NCBI RefSeq assembly: GCF_001194135.2
Contig: NC_068987.1
Span: forward strand, 3,566,481-3,615,053
Reading direction: 5' to 3'
Origin: Octopus bimaculoides
Taxonomy: Eukaryota
Length of the DNA stretch: 48,573 nt
Position numbers and translations under genes: made by a program. This document shows, in pieces, positions 10,920 through 23,057 of the stretch. Position 1 is the stretch's first letter; every line of letters begins with the position of its first letter. The notes below the pieces were generated by a model, which saw only the letters and a list, made by a program, of their open reading frames with translations, was not told the origin of the DNA and searched no databases.

Positions 10920-11890
10920 ATGCCATCAGCAAGGTAAGAATTTGTAAAGAGTTTCATGTGAAAAAGCAAGTGTCCATCAAAGATTGTTTCTCAGCTGCCC
11001 TCTGTTGATTATAGTTCTCCAGGCCATTACAGAAGAGTTTACCAGCAGCTGTCTGCGGGAACTCCTGTATGATGAAGACCAAATTCTTGTAACTGAATCT
11101 TTCAAACAAAAAAGAAATTCTTCACATAGAATCAAAGCCTAGAATTGAGAAATCTCAAAATAAAAGTTAGCAAAAATTGAAGTCTTAGTAAGCAGGAAAG
11201 AATACAGGATCCTTGTACTACCATTGGGGTAGTGGTCCTGTTTGATATGTAGCAAAATGAATAAGTAGGGGTTCCATACAACATATCTGAAGTAGTAAAC
11301 ACGGGTGCAGAAGGGATCACAGATAAGCTGGGGCAAATAAAGGAAGACTTCATATGCAGCAGATGCAAAAAGAACTCCAAGAATATTCTTGAAGTAAATA
11401 CTTTTGAGTGCTAGGAAGGCGCCAAAGGAACACTTGATAGCTCCTGTCACCAAGGTGATGTAAATAGCAGCATGGGTGTGGGATTGGTGGAAGGTGTCCG
11501 TAAATATAGAGATCAGAGTCAGAATGGGTTGCAAAAAGTTTAAAGAGGTGTTATCTTTGAGTGGAGAGTAAGTTGCATGATGCTTGCGGAGAATTTGGCA
11601 TAGCAACAAAACATGGGCACCGACTGCAGAGGAGGTACAAAGGCAGGAAAGAGTGTGCCTGGTTTGGTGCAGAACAATTATGCGAATGAATAAGAGATGA
11701 AAGAAAGAAAAAAAAGGAGACGAACATGTGATGAATGTGGAAGATGATTGTTGGGTAAAGATGCAAGAGGAAGGGAACTGAGGAAGAAGAGGATGAGAAA
11801 AACATGGGGTGAAGAGGTGGAAGCAGATCTCAGGGGGTTGGATCTCACAAAGGAAATGACAAGGGCAGAGATATTATCCATCTCATGTTA
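10920..11890 (+). mobile_element. Degenerate RTE-clade LINE, RT to 3' end
   Basis: EFHVK..VHQ..., ELLYDEDQILVTES (a decayed YADD), Cys-rich WSCLICSK...FICSRCK, RVRMGCKKFKEVL and a decayed GRGR.RKTW.EEV..DL..L.LTKEMT tail. Confidence 0.85.
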
Positions 11891-12472
11891 AGTGTTCAAT
11901 GATGATGATATACGTTTCAGGGTGTAATATATGCTTTGGTTTACGAGTATTTTTTTTAAATAACATCATTTTTTTTTCCATGGAAACTTTTGTTCTTGCA
12001 GTGCAATAAAAAAGTGCTTACTTTTTTTTGCTGTGTATTATGTTAGATCTGAGGTGGTGGGCATTTGGATTGACATTATGCTACAGCTAGCTTCAAATAG
12101 TTTCAGTATTCCTAGCTAATTAGTTGTCATTTAATGCGTGTGTGTGTGTGTGAGTGCTTGTGTATGTGTGTGTTTTTAAATGAAAGCAGATATTTCTGTT
12201 GCATTTATTCTTTGATTTTAAACTGATAATATGGTTGCCTAAAAGACTGCATAACAAAACCTTTTACGGATGCATGAATGGTATGTATGCATCAATTTAC
12301 GGATGTACATGTGTGCCTGTTTCTCAGGAATTGGTCAAATTGATGAAGACAACTCTGATGAGGAGAATCCAATAAGATTCGAAGATTCATTAAGGTTGTT
12401 CATCGTTTTTCCCAATCTATGGAGAAACAACTAAATCAGCCCTATTTATAAAGGTGCTATATGGGCTACTGT

Positions 12473-12805
12473 GAAGGCACAAGGCTCAGTGGTTAGAGCA
12501 TCAAACTTACGACCATGAGGTTGTGAGTTCGATTCCCAGAACAGGCTGCGTGTAGTGTTCTTGATCAAGATACTTTATTTCACGCTGCTCCAGTTTACTC
12601 AGCTGTAGAAATGAGTTGCGACGTCACTGGTGCCAAGCTGTATCGGCCCCTTTGCCTTTCCCTTGGACAACATCGGTGGCATGGAGAAGGGAGGCTGGTA
12701 TGCATGGGCGACTGCTGGTCTCCCATAAACAACCTTGCCTGGATTTGTGCCTCAGAGGGTAACTTTCTAGGTGCAATCCCATGGTCATTCATGACCGAAG
12801 GGGAT
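12473..12805 (+). mobile_element. tRNA-headed SINE (family D)
   Basis: A box ggctcagtggttag and B box gagttcgattccc, then the cttgatcaagatactttattt core. Related copies lie at 16120-16425 (-), 25160-25295 (-) and 34505-34740 (+). Confidence 0.75.
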
Positions 12806-13178
12806 CTCTGATATGGGCTACACACACACACACACACACACCTTTTAAATTTGTTCATGGAAAACATTTTGAATATACAGATAAAGCTCCTATTCCATTA
12901 TGTCAGCCACAATCTAATGATGTTGACTTGTGAACCGGTTTTTGTGCTTGTACTCACATGTACTAAGTTGTTGGTAGGTTACCTGCAAGTTTTCTTACGG
13001 TAGTCACTCAGTGCTAAATGATACAAATGTATTTGGAAGATATTCTACAAAAGGGTTTTTGTTTGTTTTTTTTAAAGAAAATAAATCATAACTTATACTT
13101 GAACACCAGACACAACAATTGCTTGAGTCACAGATTGATATGTTTACCTAGCAGATTGAAACAAAATACTGTTTGTAA

Positions 13179-13345
13179 CGTATCAGGACAATTACCCGCC
13201 ATGGGACAATTCCCCTCAACGACAACTACCCCCTAGGACAATTATCCCCTCTCCAATATATTAAGAAGTTTTAAAGCATCAGTTGTCCTCAGGGGTAATT
13301 GTTTTTGGGGTATTATCGTCCATGGGAGGTAAATGTCTTAGACTC
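13179..13345. mobile_element. MITE with GGACAATTACCCC-repeat TIRs, copy 1
   Basis: Arrays of ggacaatt.ccc on the left and ggggtaattg on the right. Flanks are gtttgtaa / atttgtaa (7/8 TSD). It shares the core tctccaatatattaagaag with copy 2 at 46808. Confidence 0.75.
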
Positions 13346-13435
13346 ATTTGTAAATCTATTCATTTCATCTGTCATTGTACATCAGAATAATTTAACTTTC
13401 CAACAAAAAGAAATGCATAAAGTTCATGTCAGTCT

Positions 13436-13571
13436 TTAATCCAGAGAAACAGTCCTTAAAGCATCTTCTTCGTGTATTTCAAGTGTGGCTTCTGCTCCGT
13501 CGTTAAATGTAAATGACGACCCTCCGTCGATCACAAGACACGCGTCCCACATACGGGAATGGACTTTGATT
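13436..13571 (-). CDS. NADK2: NADK2 exon 9 (last): IKVHSRMWDACLVIDGGSSFTFNDGAEATLEIHEEDALRTVSLD*
   Basis: cttttcag acceptor, in phase with exon 8. Matches the NADK2 C-terminus (SRCWDACMVVDGGTSFEFNDGA...EDELRTV). Confidence 0.95.
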
Positions 13572-13934
13572 CTGAAAAGAGAAATTTTTTGTTCTTGAAA
13601 TTCTGAAACTTGCTACTGTTTAATGTTGGAAAGCATAATTAGGAAGAGGGGAAAAAAACTTCACAAATCTTTAACTTTTTACTTGTTTCAGCCATTAAAC
13701 TGTGATCATGCTGGGGCACCATCTTGGAGAATTTTAGGTCAAATGAATTAACCCCAGTATCTATTTCTGCTATTATGAGATTGAGAACCAAACGTGTTAC
13801 CACACAGCCATACATGTGTCTATGTCACTCCTGTTCCCATTTTCTTTATTTTTTAAATCTAAATTTCTGTTTTACCCAATAATATCATTTTAATCAAAGC
13901 TTAAATATTTTATAAATTCCTAAAAAATACTCAC

Positions 13935-13974
13935 TTATGGACACATCCACGAGGATTTGGAATTTGGAAAACAC
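13935..13974 (-). CDS. NADK2: NADK2 exon 8 (40 nt): VFQIPNPRGCVH
   Basis: ttttccag / gtgagt sites. It bridges the phase-1 end of exon 7 to the phase-2 start of exon 9. Confidence 0.9.
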
Positions 13975-14118
13975 CTGGAAAATAAACATAATAATTAATA
14001 ATAATAATGGTGTTTATATAAGCCTAAAGCTTATAGTGATCTCCATGCAATGACTAAGGAAAATAGCCTAATAATGGGGCATATAAGCCCTCGACAGAAA
14101 AAAACTAGGCTTTCCTAT

Positions 14119-14187
14119 CCACATGGGACTCGAACCCACATCCCTTTGCTAATGCGACTAAATGTGTTACCATTACACCAGCGAACT
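14119..14187 (-). pseudogene. tRNA-like sequence (degenerate tRNA or SINE head)
   Basis: gttcgctggtgtaatggtaacac...gtgggttcgagtcccatgtgg has an A box (TGGTGTAATGG) and a B box (GGTTCGAGTCC). The anticodon arm does not pair cleanly. Confidence 0.55.
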
Positions 14188-15083
14188 AGCCTCCCTCTTT
14201 CTGTCAAATTTAAGAACTGTATTAGTTTGTAGTTGTTTTTGTAAACAAGCTTTCTATGTGCTTTCGGTGTGAATGGTTTTGTTATATGGCGCTGGGTTTT
14301 ACAATCCTGTAAATAATAAAAATAATGGTAAGCGTTAGCCTTATATAAATACCATTATTATTATCTACAGGACTGTTAAACCTGGTTCCGTATAACAAGA
14401 CCATTTTCACCAAAATAATAATAAATATTAATGTGATTAAAGTATAATGTTTAAGCAGTGAATTTATACATCTGGGTGTTTACAAAACTGCTTCAGGATA
14501 TCAAATATTTGGGTGATTACAAGATAATGTTTCTGGAGATCAAACAAGGGTTATCAGTGAATTTTGTTTTAAATTTCAAAAAAAAAATTATCTTTTAAAG
14601 TAAAAACTTTCTTAAATAATTTCGAAAATTATTGCTATCATGTTTTATTAATCCTCCTCGTAACTAACAAAATTGTGAATAAGTGGAAAGAAACTCGGAG
14701 AGAGTGTAGCAGCAGGTGGTCCTTAGAGGAGAAACCCCCTTTAGGCAAGTGCTTTGGCCCTTAACTCCTGACNNNNNNNNNNNNNNNNNNNNNNNNCGGA
14801 TGTCCACCTGCTGTCCGTTTTAGTACGCCTTAGGTGGGATTGGTTTCTCTGGTTTCTAGCACTGCTGTGACGTGTGCAGTGGCCCTGAAGTATTAGAATA
14901 AATTTTTGTAAAGTCCTAGATGAAATTTTCCTTTTTTAAATCCATGGTGTACTCAAATCTCCTGGTAGAGCATTGTTTGAGAATCGCTTTTATAATTAAG
15001 TACATAATGTGAAAAAAAATTGTAAAATTGTAAGCATTCATTAGGTGTGTGTGAGTGTGTGTGCATATATATACACACACACT

Positions 15084-15133
<50 letters not shown>

Positions 15134-15287
15134 TGATGGGCTTCTTTCAGTTCCCATTGACCCAATCCACTTTAATTGGCCTGGGGCTATAGTAGAAGGC
15201 ACTTACCCAAGGTGCCATGCAGTGAGACTGAACCCGAAAGCACGTGGTTGGGATGATGATGATGATGATATAAAAGGTTAAACTTAC

Positions 15288-15425
15288 TATTCATGACAGG
15301 ATCCCTGATAGTGTATGCCATTTTAGGGATTTCAGGATCAAACCACAAAGACTGGTTGAAACTTTCAGTAACCTTTCGGACAGTATCACTACTCCAATTC
15401 AGATCACATTTGGCAACTTTTCCAG
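15288..15425 (-). CDS. NADK2: NADK2 exon 7: GKVAKCDLNWSSDTVRKVTESFNQSLWFDPEIPKMAYTIRDPVMN
   Basis: tatttcag / gtaagt sites, in phase. Similar to NADK2 KVTNEYNESL...EPK..FSIREPI.N. Confidence 0.93.
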
Positions 15426-16462
15426 CTGAAATAACAGACAACAATATTCACCAAATCAGTTCCAATATAACAGAACACATTATATTACATTTATATATTT
15501 GTTTTGCAAGATTCTTGATGTGAATTCGTGTGTTGAAATAGATATTGTTGTATTTGGGGATGGTCATATAAAAATAAAGGCCATGATGGTTAAGATGAGG
15601 ATCTATTTATTTATTTATGAAATGAATCTATAAGAACCCCTTAGTGCCATGGATTGCATGTGGCAAGAAGCTCTGAGTAACTGTGGAAGGAATTACCAAT
15701 TCTGCTACATGAATAAATCAACTCTGCCATATGAATAAATTATCTTTGCAGCTTCCACAATTTATTATATTGTATTGTCTAGATGTGTTGCACACAACTG
15801 ATGGAGCCCACATGGAAGTGTTCTGATGTTTCTAATAAAGCTGTGTGGAAATGGATTGGAAAACAAGGGTGAGATGCTGACACAGGAAAATCACTCAAAT
15901 GAAGGCCTCGCAAGCCATGCTTTGTATTCAGCGATCGAAAGGATGAATAGTGAAACCTGTACAGCAAATCCCGACTGGTTGGGATTGGTTGTTCAACCAT
16001 GTCAAAGGATGAATGACAGAAATTGGAAACAAGTTTTGAGACAGTTTTGGCGTGGAAGTGTTCAGTTCTACGACATATGGACTTCAGTTATTCAAAGATC
16101 AACAGTGACTGGCACTCCACTGACTACGATGAGAATTCCAGTGATTCGATCAACGGAACAGCCTGCTCATGAAATTAACATGCAAGTGGCTGGGGACTCC
16201 ACAGACACACATACCCTTAATGTAGTTGTCAGGGATATTAAGCATGACACATAATATGACATGGTTGGCGCTTTTAATTACAGGTACATCTCATTTTTGC
16301 CAGCTGGGTGGATTGGAGCAACATGAAAATAAAGTGTCTTGCTCAAGGACACAACACATTGCTGGGAATTGAACTCATGACCTTATGATTGTGAGTTAAA
16401 CACCCTAACCACTAAGCCATGCACACTTCGCAATAATCAACAATGGAATTAGAAATATTTAC

Positions 16463-16614
16463 CAAGTTTAAGAATCTCTTGAACTGATTGCTGTGGAATA
16501 TGATTAATATGGAAATGCCAAGAGCTGGAGCCAGTTCCTGTGCAGACAGTTATTCCTGAGCTTTTCAATTTGATTTTTGGTGCTTCATCAATAGAAAGTT
16601 CATAGTATGAAACT
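16463..16614 (-). CDS. NADK2: NADK2 exon 6: VSYYELSIDEAPKIKLKSSGITVCTGTGSSSWHFHINHIPQQSVQEILKL
   Basis: AG / gtaaat sites. Contains the SYYE and the NAD kinase K-SSG-x-TGTGS motifs. Confidence 0.96.
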
Positions 16615-17420
16615 CTTTAAAATATAGAAAAAAAAAAGGAAGAAAAAAAAATTCATTTTCATTTTTGCACAAAAAGGGAAGCGATTTGTGTTATCGTAAT
16701 TAAGAATTATCTTCTACTTGTTTAAGTCATTGGACTGCAGCCATGCTGGGGCGCCCCCTTAAAGGGTTTGGTCGAACAAATCGCTCCCTGTACTTAGGCT
16801 ATTTTTTTAACATCTGGTACTTATTCTGTCAGTCAGTTTTGCTAAACTGCTAAGTTACAGAGTTATGGCAACATAAAGAGATCAATACCAGATTCATGCC
16901 ATGGTAGAAGGGGCGAACGCTAAGTCTCTTAGGAGTAGAAATAGAAGTAGTTTGCACAGCAAATGTCTAATTTTAACTGTTTTGTGAAAGCAAGCTTCTA
17001 TGATGAACCTAGGCTTGAAATTAAAATGCAGCTATCGCCAAGATTAGATACAGTTCTGAAGTTGAAAGAAACCCAGATGGATGTGTAATAAACACAACCA
17101 CCAGTAATTCATTAGTCATGTTGTTGTTGTTGTCTCAGCTGAAAGTTGGAAGCTGTGTGTCCAAGATTTAGGAGTAGGGGAGGGTATCAGTAGGGCTGTT
17201 GCTGTTCTCAAAGAGATTGCAGTGGACGGAAATGAAGTGGTGATGTGTATGTTGAATCCACTGGAGTTTGCAATGCAAAGTGTTTCTTATTCTTGGCAAT
17301 CCAATTGTGGTGGAATTGGTTAATCATACTTCTGTAAGTGCAGAAGTAGTAAGGTGTCTGGAAGTTTCGATTTTAGATCTGGGATTGTTAATCTGTAAAG
17401 GATAAAGATTTAATTCTTAC

Positions 17421-17651
17421 CGTGATGATAAAGATTCGCCCATGAAAACTTCATTAAGAGCCAATAAGGGTAAAATACGAGTTGTGTCCTTTGGTGTTAA
17501 AGACTCATTTTTATTAAACATTTCGTTTTCCCTGACGTGCTCAGTGAAACGATGTTCATGAAAGTGTAGTTGTTGATCGTGAAGTTCTACAGGATCATCA
17601 TACATATATTTTCCGGACATACTGATTCGAATTCTTTGGCGCCACTTCCAT
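17421..17651 (-). CDS. NADK2: NADK2 exon 5: WKWRQRIRISMSG...PVELHDQQL...LPLLALNEVFMGESLSSR
   Basis: ctttgtcctgtcag / gtaaga sites. Contains the NAD kinase NE motif (ALNEVF). Confidence 0.96.
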
Positions 17652-18421
17652 CTGACAGGACAAAGAAAAACTAGATAAAATATAATATTCTAATTTAGGA
17701 ACCCCTAAACAAGTATTACTCTTACCAAAATTAGAATCCCAATGGACAACTATCATGCAAAATCAGATTATGGTAAACTATTTACAGCAAAACTACCGTA
17801 AACCAAGAATCTTCAACTAAGTTTACTTTTTGTGAGAACTAGAATTTTGATTAAGAACAAATAGGAGCTACGAGAACATAAGATACAAATGCTTTACAGC
17901 CAACAAGTACATCAAACATATACGTCCATCATCAGCTGCCAAACAGATATCATTATGGTTTTGATACCTAGGTAGTACCATTCAATTTGACAGTGCCAAC
18001 AGTGTTAAAAACATAAACACTGCCTATGAATTATTAATTTACTTCAAGTATTGTGGAATATGAAGAAAACCAGTGTATTAGAGAAAGCAATAACAATGCA
18101 AGGAGATCATTAAATATCAAAATTAACAAACAAGAGAAATAGACATACATAAACTACAGGTTCATTCTATCTGCTTGCTTTCACTTTCTACAATACAATA
18201 ATTTTCTTCACATATCATCATCATCAGGATCTAAAATCAATTAATTTCTTAAATAATACCACCTAATCTTTTAATCTTAGAGATATGCTAAGCATAATCT
18301 TATCAAGTACAATGCTACATTATAAGACATAAAAAAACAAAATAACACAAATGTTACATTAAACAGCAAAAAGGTTGAAAATTTATAGTAAGAATAAGAG
18401 AGTAGCATTTTAAAAGCTCAC

Positions 18422-18514
18422 CGAAAGTCACCAGCAAGAAGTTTGGCAAAAGAGGCTTTCATAGATTTCAAATTGTAGGTTTTGATTTTGGGTAAGCAAA
18501 GATAACCTTCAGAT
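18422..18514 (-). CDS. NADK2: NADK2 exon 4: SEGYLCLPKIKTYNLKSMKASFAKLLAGDFR
   Basis: tttttccag / gtgagc sites. Matches NADK2 SEGHLCLP...GEFR. Confidence 0.95.
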
Positions 18515-19289
18515 CTGGAAAAATATTAAGAACTTTAATTAAAAGTGAATAACAATTCAATTTAAAACTAAGAGTTTTATTGAATTTCTAAATTTTTTGT
18601 CAAGATTTAAACAATTTCATCTATTTCTAAAAAGAATTATTATAGAAAATTTTGTTGCATCTTGGGAGGGTCATTAAGCCAGTTAATAAAACACACACAC
18701 ACCCTGGTTTTATTTCACTTCTTTACTATCATTAGTTATTTAGTTAGCTATTTAACCAATTAATTAATTGATTGTATAACCAATTGTTTGGTCAGTCATC
18801 CACTGAGCTAGGTATAAACCTGGCCCGTCACCATCCACGCCCTCATCAATGACCTCTCAGTGCCAGGGTTGCTTCAGGTCTGACAACTTCAATTAAAGAA
18901 ACAACTTCAACAGATGACTTTCAGTCTCTGCCTGTTACGTCCACTCACAATGCTTTGGACAGCCTAGGGTTGTAGTAGAAGACACTTACTTAAAGGGGGC
19001 CACAGAGTGGGACCGAAACCAGAACCATGCGGTTGAGAAACAAACTTCTCGACCACACAGCCACACCTGCGCCCATTTGTGTGTGTGTTATAAATGAAGC
19101 TGTCACCTATTTGAACAGTTGAAGCCGGCTGCTTGGGGAGAAGAGGAGGAGGAGGAGGAGGTTACATATTCATGTCTGGAGCAACGAAAAATTATGAATA
19201 AATTTACCCATTGACTCATACCCGTTATTTAAGCAAGTTGGGTGCCATTAACGTAGTTTGTTTACCTATTTAAATAATTAGCTTTACAC

Positions 19290-19460
19290 TACTTGACCCG
19301 GTCGTTTGGAAGGGAGAGGCAAATGATCCTTGATGAGTTTTCAGTGAAAGAGAAGCTTGTCAGGAGGTGTTAGGGTCCACAGAAAGAAAACATATCAGAC
19401 TGGTTTGACAAGGACAACGCTCAAATCAAACAGCTCGTTGGCAAAGAAGAGAGTTTTTCT
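19290..19460 (+). mobile_element. RTE-type LINE fragment
   Basis: Decayed RK-H-Q-DWFDKDNAQIKQL, a typical RTE linker motif (DWFDEN..EI..LL). Confidence 0.5.
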
Positions 19461-20439
19461 TTACAGACTTACCAAACAAACACAAAAAAGTTACAAACCA
19501 GACTTGGCTGGGTGGTAAAGAAGCTTGATTTGCAACCAAATGGTTTTAGGTTCTGTCCCGCATTGCAGCACCTTGGACAGGTGTCTTCTACTATAGCCCC
19601 AGGCTAACAAGTGTCTTGTGAGTGGATTTGTTAGACAGAAGCAACTGAGAAAAACCACTCCCCATCATATATATTATATATATATATAAGGGGATACCCG
19701 AAAGTAACTAGAAATGTTCTCAGTGGGACAAGCACATTGTAGTTCAGGCTTCTGCTGCTATAAGCCACTAGATGCAACCCTCAGGCATCAGTCTGCTGAC
19801 TGGCAGCATTGGACGAGGGTCGTACAGCCACGTGGTGTGTCTTTGTTTTGCAGTGCTTCTCCCCCTGTTTGTCAATTTTTGCGATGGCTGAAACGAAGAA
19901 ATAGTATGCTTTCATGAAATTCTCTAAATCTGCCCGTGTGATGGTCTCTTTCTCTCATTCCAATTCTGAATGTTCTGTGCCAAGTACTTTTTGGTAAACT
20001 TCTGTTTCTTTCTTTGGAATGTGTGTGTGTGTGTGAGCGTGCGCGCGCGCATGTGTGTGTGTGAGCTTGCGCGTGTGTGTGTGTGTTTGTGCTTTGTATT
20101 TATCCTCCACCACCACTCGGCACCCAGTGTTGGTTTATTTATGTCCCCGTAACCTAGCTGATCAGCAAAAAGACCAATAGAATAATTATTAGACTTATTA
20201 AAAGTCGTAAATACTAGGATCAATTTGTTAAACTAACCTTTCAAGGCTGTGCCCCAGCATGGCCACAGCCCAAGGAGGGAAACAAGAAAAAGATAAAAGT
20301 TAAAAAGAATAACAAGTGCAAACAGAAATCTTACCAACATGTAAGGCTGCTGCTGCAGAAGTTCAGAGACAAACATGTACAATCTGTGCAATGAAGAACA
20401 ACTGGTGACAAATCAAAACACTTAAAATGCAGAAACTGG

Positions 20440-20970
20440 CTGACATGCATGAGCTAAAAGGTTTCTTGCATGCCTTTAAATCTATCTAGGGTCCTAGTGT
20501 AACAAGTCCAACAGCCCTTACATCTAAGGACAGTACAAAACTCATGTAGGAAACAAACGGCTGTCAACGACAGATGGAAAGGACATTTCAAAGAATGTGG
20601 ATAGCGATGAGGAGATCCAACATCAAAACAAAATGTTCCAGACAAACCTTTGGATCCCTGAATGACTGGTATAGGAAGATCAGGGTCTGAGACAGCCAAA
20701 CTTATGGTACGTATGACAGTTGTAGCCATTTTCTCATATAAGTCTGTAAACTGGACAAGATATGGGCAACATCTACAGGAGCTAGAAATATACTGCTGAA
20801 TAGATCTGAAGAAATCATGTGGAACTAGCAGCAGAAAATATGGAGAAATGTCAGCAAACCAATATCTTCTACATTAAGATCCTGTTTACCATGTTTAGTG
20901 GAACCAGACATATTATGCAAAAGCAAGGCTATCAGCTACAGAAACAAGTTTTACTCCCAGTTGAATGAAA
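20440..20970 (+). mobile_element. RTE-type LINE fragments
   Basis: Decayed FKSI*GPSVTSPTALTSKDSTKL...DRWKGHF, plus C-terminal pieces, with many stops. Confidence 0.5.
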
Positions 20971-21404
20971 GAAAATAAACATGAAAAGGACAAAGGAAGC
21001 AGTTCAAAGACACACTTAAAAAAAAAAAAGTAATAAAAAGAAATAGAAAAAGTGGGGCATTAATGTGTGGATGTCACTCTATGGCACTATGTGCCAGTGT
21101 CTTCTACCATAGCCAAAGCTGTCAAAAACATTATGTATGTATGTATATATCGTTGCTATTCTGCTAAACTGTCATATGTCCAAATTTGGCCAAATGCATT
21201 TTTTACAATACCAAATCCACTCATAAGGCTTTGGTTTGCCCAAGGCTATAGTAGAAGACACTTGCCCAAGGTGCCATGCAGTGGGACTGAACCTAGAACT
21301 ATGTGGTTGGGAAGCAAGCTTCTTACCACATAGCCATGCCCTGCCCCTATGATACAGAATCGAAGGGGAAAACTTTCTAATTAGAAACACTGAATTCTCT
21401 TTAC

Positions 21405-21575
21405 CTGGAAGGGTCAGTGTTTATTCCAATAACCGCCTTGTCTCGGTTGGTAATCTTGCTTGCAGCCGAAAGGAAAGTACCATCTCCACCAGCAGAGATC
21501 ACTATATCAGCCCAGTTGATTAAATTACTGTCAAAGTCAAATCGTTGCACAACCTTTGTTTCAATTCCAAGATCC
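21405..21575 (-). CDS. NADK2: NADK2 exon 3: DLGIETKVVQRFDFDSNLINWADIVISAGGDGTFLSAASKITNRDKAVIGINTDPSR
   Basis: ttttcttcttgttag / gtaaag sites. Contains the catalytic GGDG motif and VIGINTDP. Confidence 0.97.
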
Positions 21576-22349
21576 CTAACAAGAAGAAAAGAAAATACAT
21601 ATCTGAAACCAAAGTAAAGAAATTTTCTGAGAAAGTCAATGGTTTGGATGATTGTGAATTTACTGAAATTCTTGCATCATCATCATCATCACTTAATGTC
21701 CACTTTTCCATTCTTACATGGACCAAAGTTTATTTGAAGCAGATGTTTCTATGGCTGGATGCTTTTCCTGTTGCCAACACTTACCTATTTCCAAGCCAAG
21801 TAATATTTCCCTATGACCAGGACATGTTCCTGCAGAACATTCAAAATGAATGACACTGCTTGTATAACAGTGACACTTGTTTACAACAATCATGTGATGC
21901 CAAAACAAGGACACACAAACACACAAACTCACTTACACACATATAAAGATACATATTTATACACACAAAATGTGTGTATAAATTCAGTTTTTACCTACCA
22001 CACACAAGGCTTTCGTCCAGGACATAGTAGAAGATACTTGCTCAAGGTGCAATGCAGTGGAATTGAACCCAAAGCAAACTTCTTAAGCACACACTTGTAC
22101 TTTTTCCTATTGCAATTTATTTAATTTATTTAATATTATTCTGTCTTGTAATAAAACAATATTTAACAGCAGACACCAAGTGTTTTTAATAAACAGCGAG
22201 TCTAAAACAAAAACTTTATTCGTTTTTTAAACATACAATTAAAATATTTGCTTCATTCAAAACTGTTAAGCATCATAAATTTGTAGACTTTTAATTTCAG
22301 GAAAATTCTGAAAATATCAAAAATACTAAGAAAATGTTTACCAACTTAC

Positions 22350-22438
22350 TCAAGTGATTTTGTAATATTTTGGACGCACTGTTGATGGATGTTGTGTCTT
22401 TGAAGCAAGCCATAGTAATCAGACATCTTTCCTCTCAG
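22350..22438 (-). CDS. NADK2: NADK2 exon 2: LRGKMSDYYGLLQRHNIHQQCVQNITKSLE
   Basis: ttttctatttag / gtaagt sites. Matches NADK2 LALKGSSYSGLLERHHIH. Confidence 0.95.
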
Positions 22439-22724
22439 CTAAATAGAAAAATAAAAAATACAATATGTCCATATAAATTTGTTTTCTGTTGTGCGAAAAG
22501 GCAGAGAGAGATGAGAAAATTAGCTCTTTGATTGAGTATCAATTGAAAACTGGATCACACAAATCCACAAGAGAGTCTTGACTTGTTAGAAATGAATACT
22601 AAATCTCTATGAAATCACACTCAACCATATGCAGAATAGAACTTTATATGCCTAAAAAACAAAAATGATAATAAAGACAGACAATATGGTTGCGAGTGGA
22701 TTAATTTTCATAATAGGGTTACAT

Positions 22725-23057
22725 CAGAGGTTCTCAAACGTTTTGGGCCACCGCCTCTCACCCATGGCCACATAATATCTCACAGCACCCCCACCCCTAT
22801 TTTTACGTATAAATAAATATTTTATATTTTACTAATTTATATATACTATGAATCATTTGATATTTAATATAATATTATATAATAATATTACAATAAATTC
22901 ATAGCATCCCTCAATCCACTTGCCTTCCTCCCAACACCTCCTTTTTCTCTACCGAACCCCAACCACCCCACTAAGGCACCAGCGCCCCCTGCCCCGTCTC
23001 AACGCCCACCGTGTGGGGGGGGGGAGGAGGCGGTAGCGCCCACTTTGAGAACCTATG
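22725..23057. mobile_element. hAT-type (Charlie-like) MITE
   Basis: TIRs cagaggttctcaaa / tttgagaacctatg. 8-bp flanks ggttacat / ggttattt (6/8). Confidence 0.7.

Noticed and set aside
12983-13013. 31-nt AG/GT-bounded segment on the minus strand
   Set aside because: It lies downstream of the NADK2 stop and is not needed for the protein, so it is likely a chance match.
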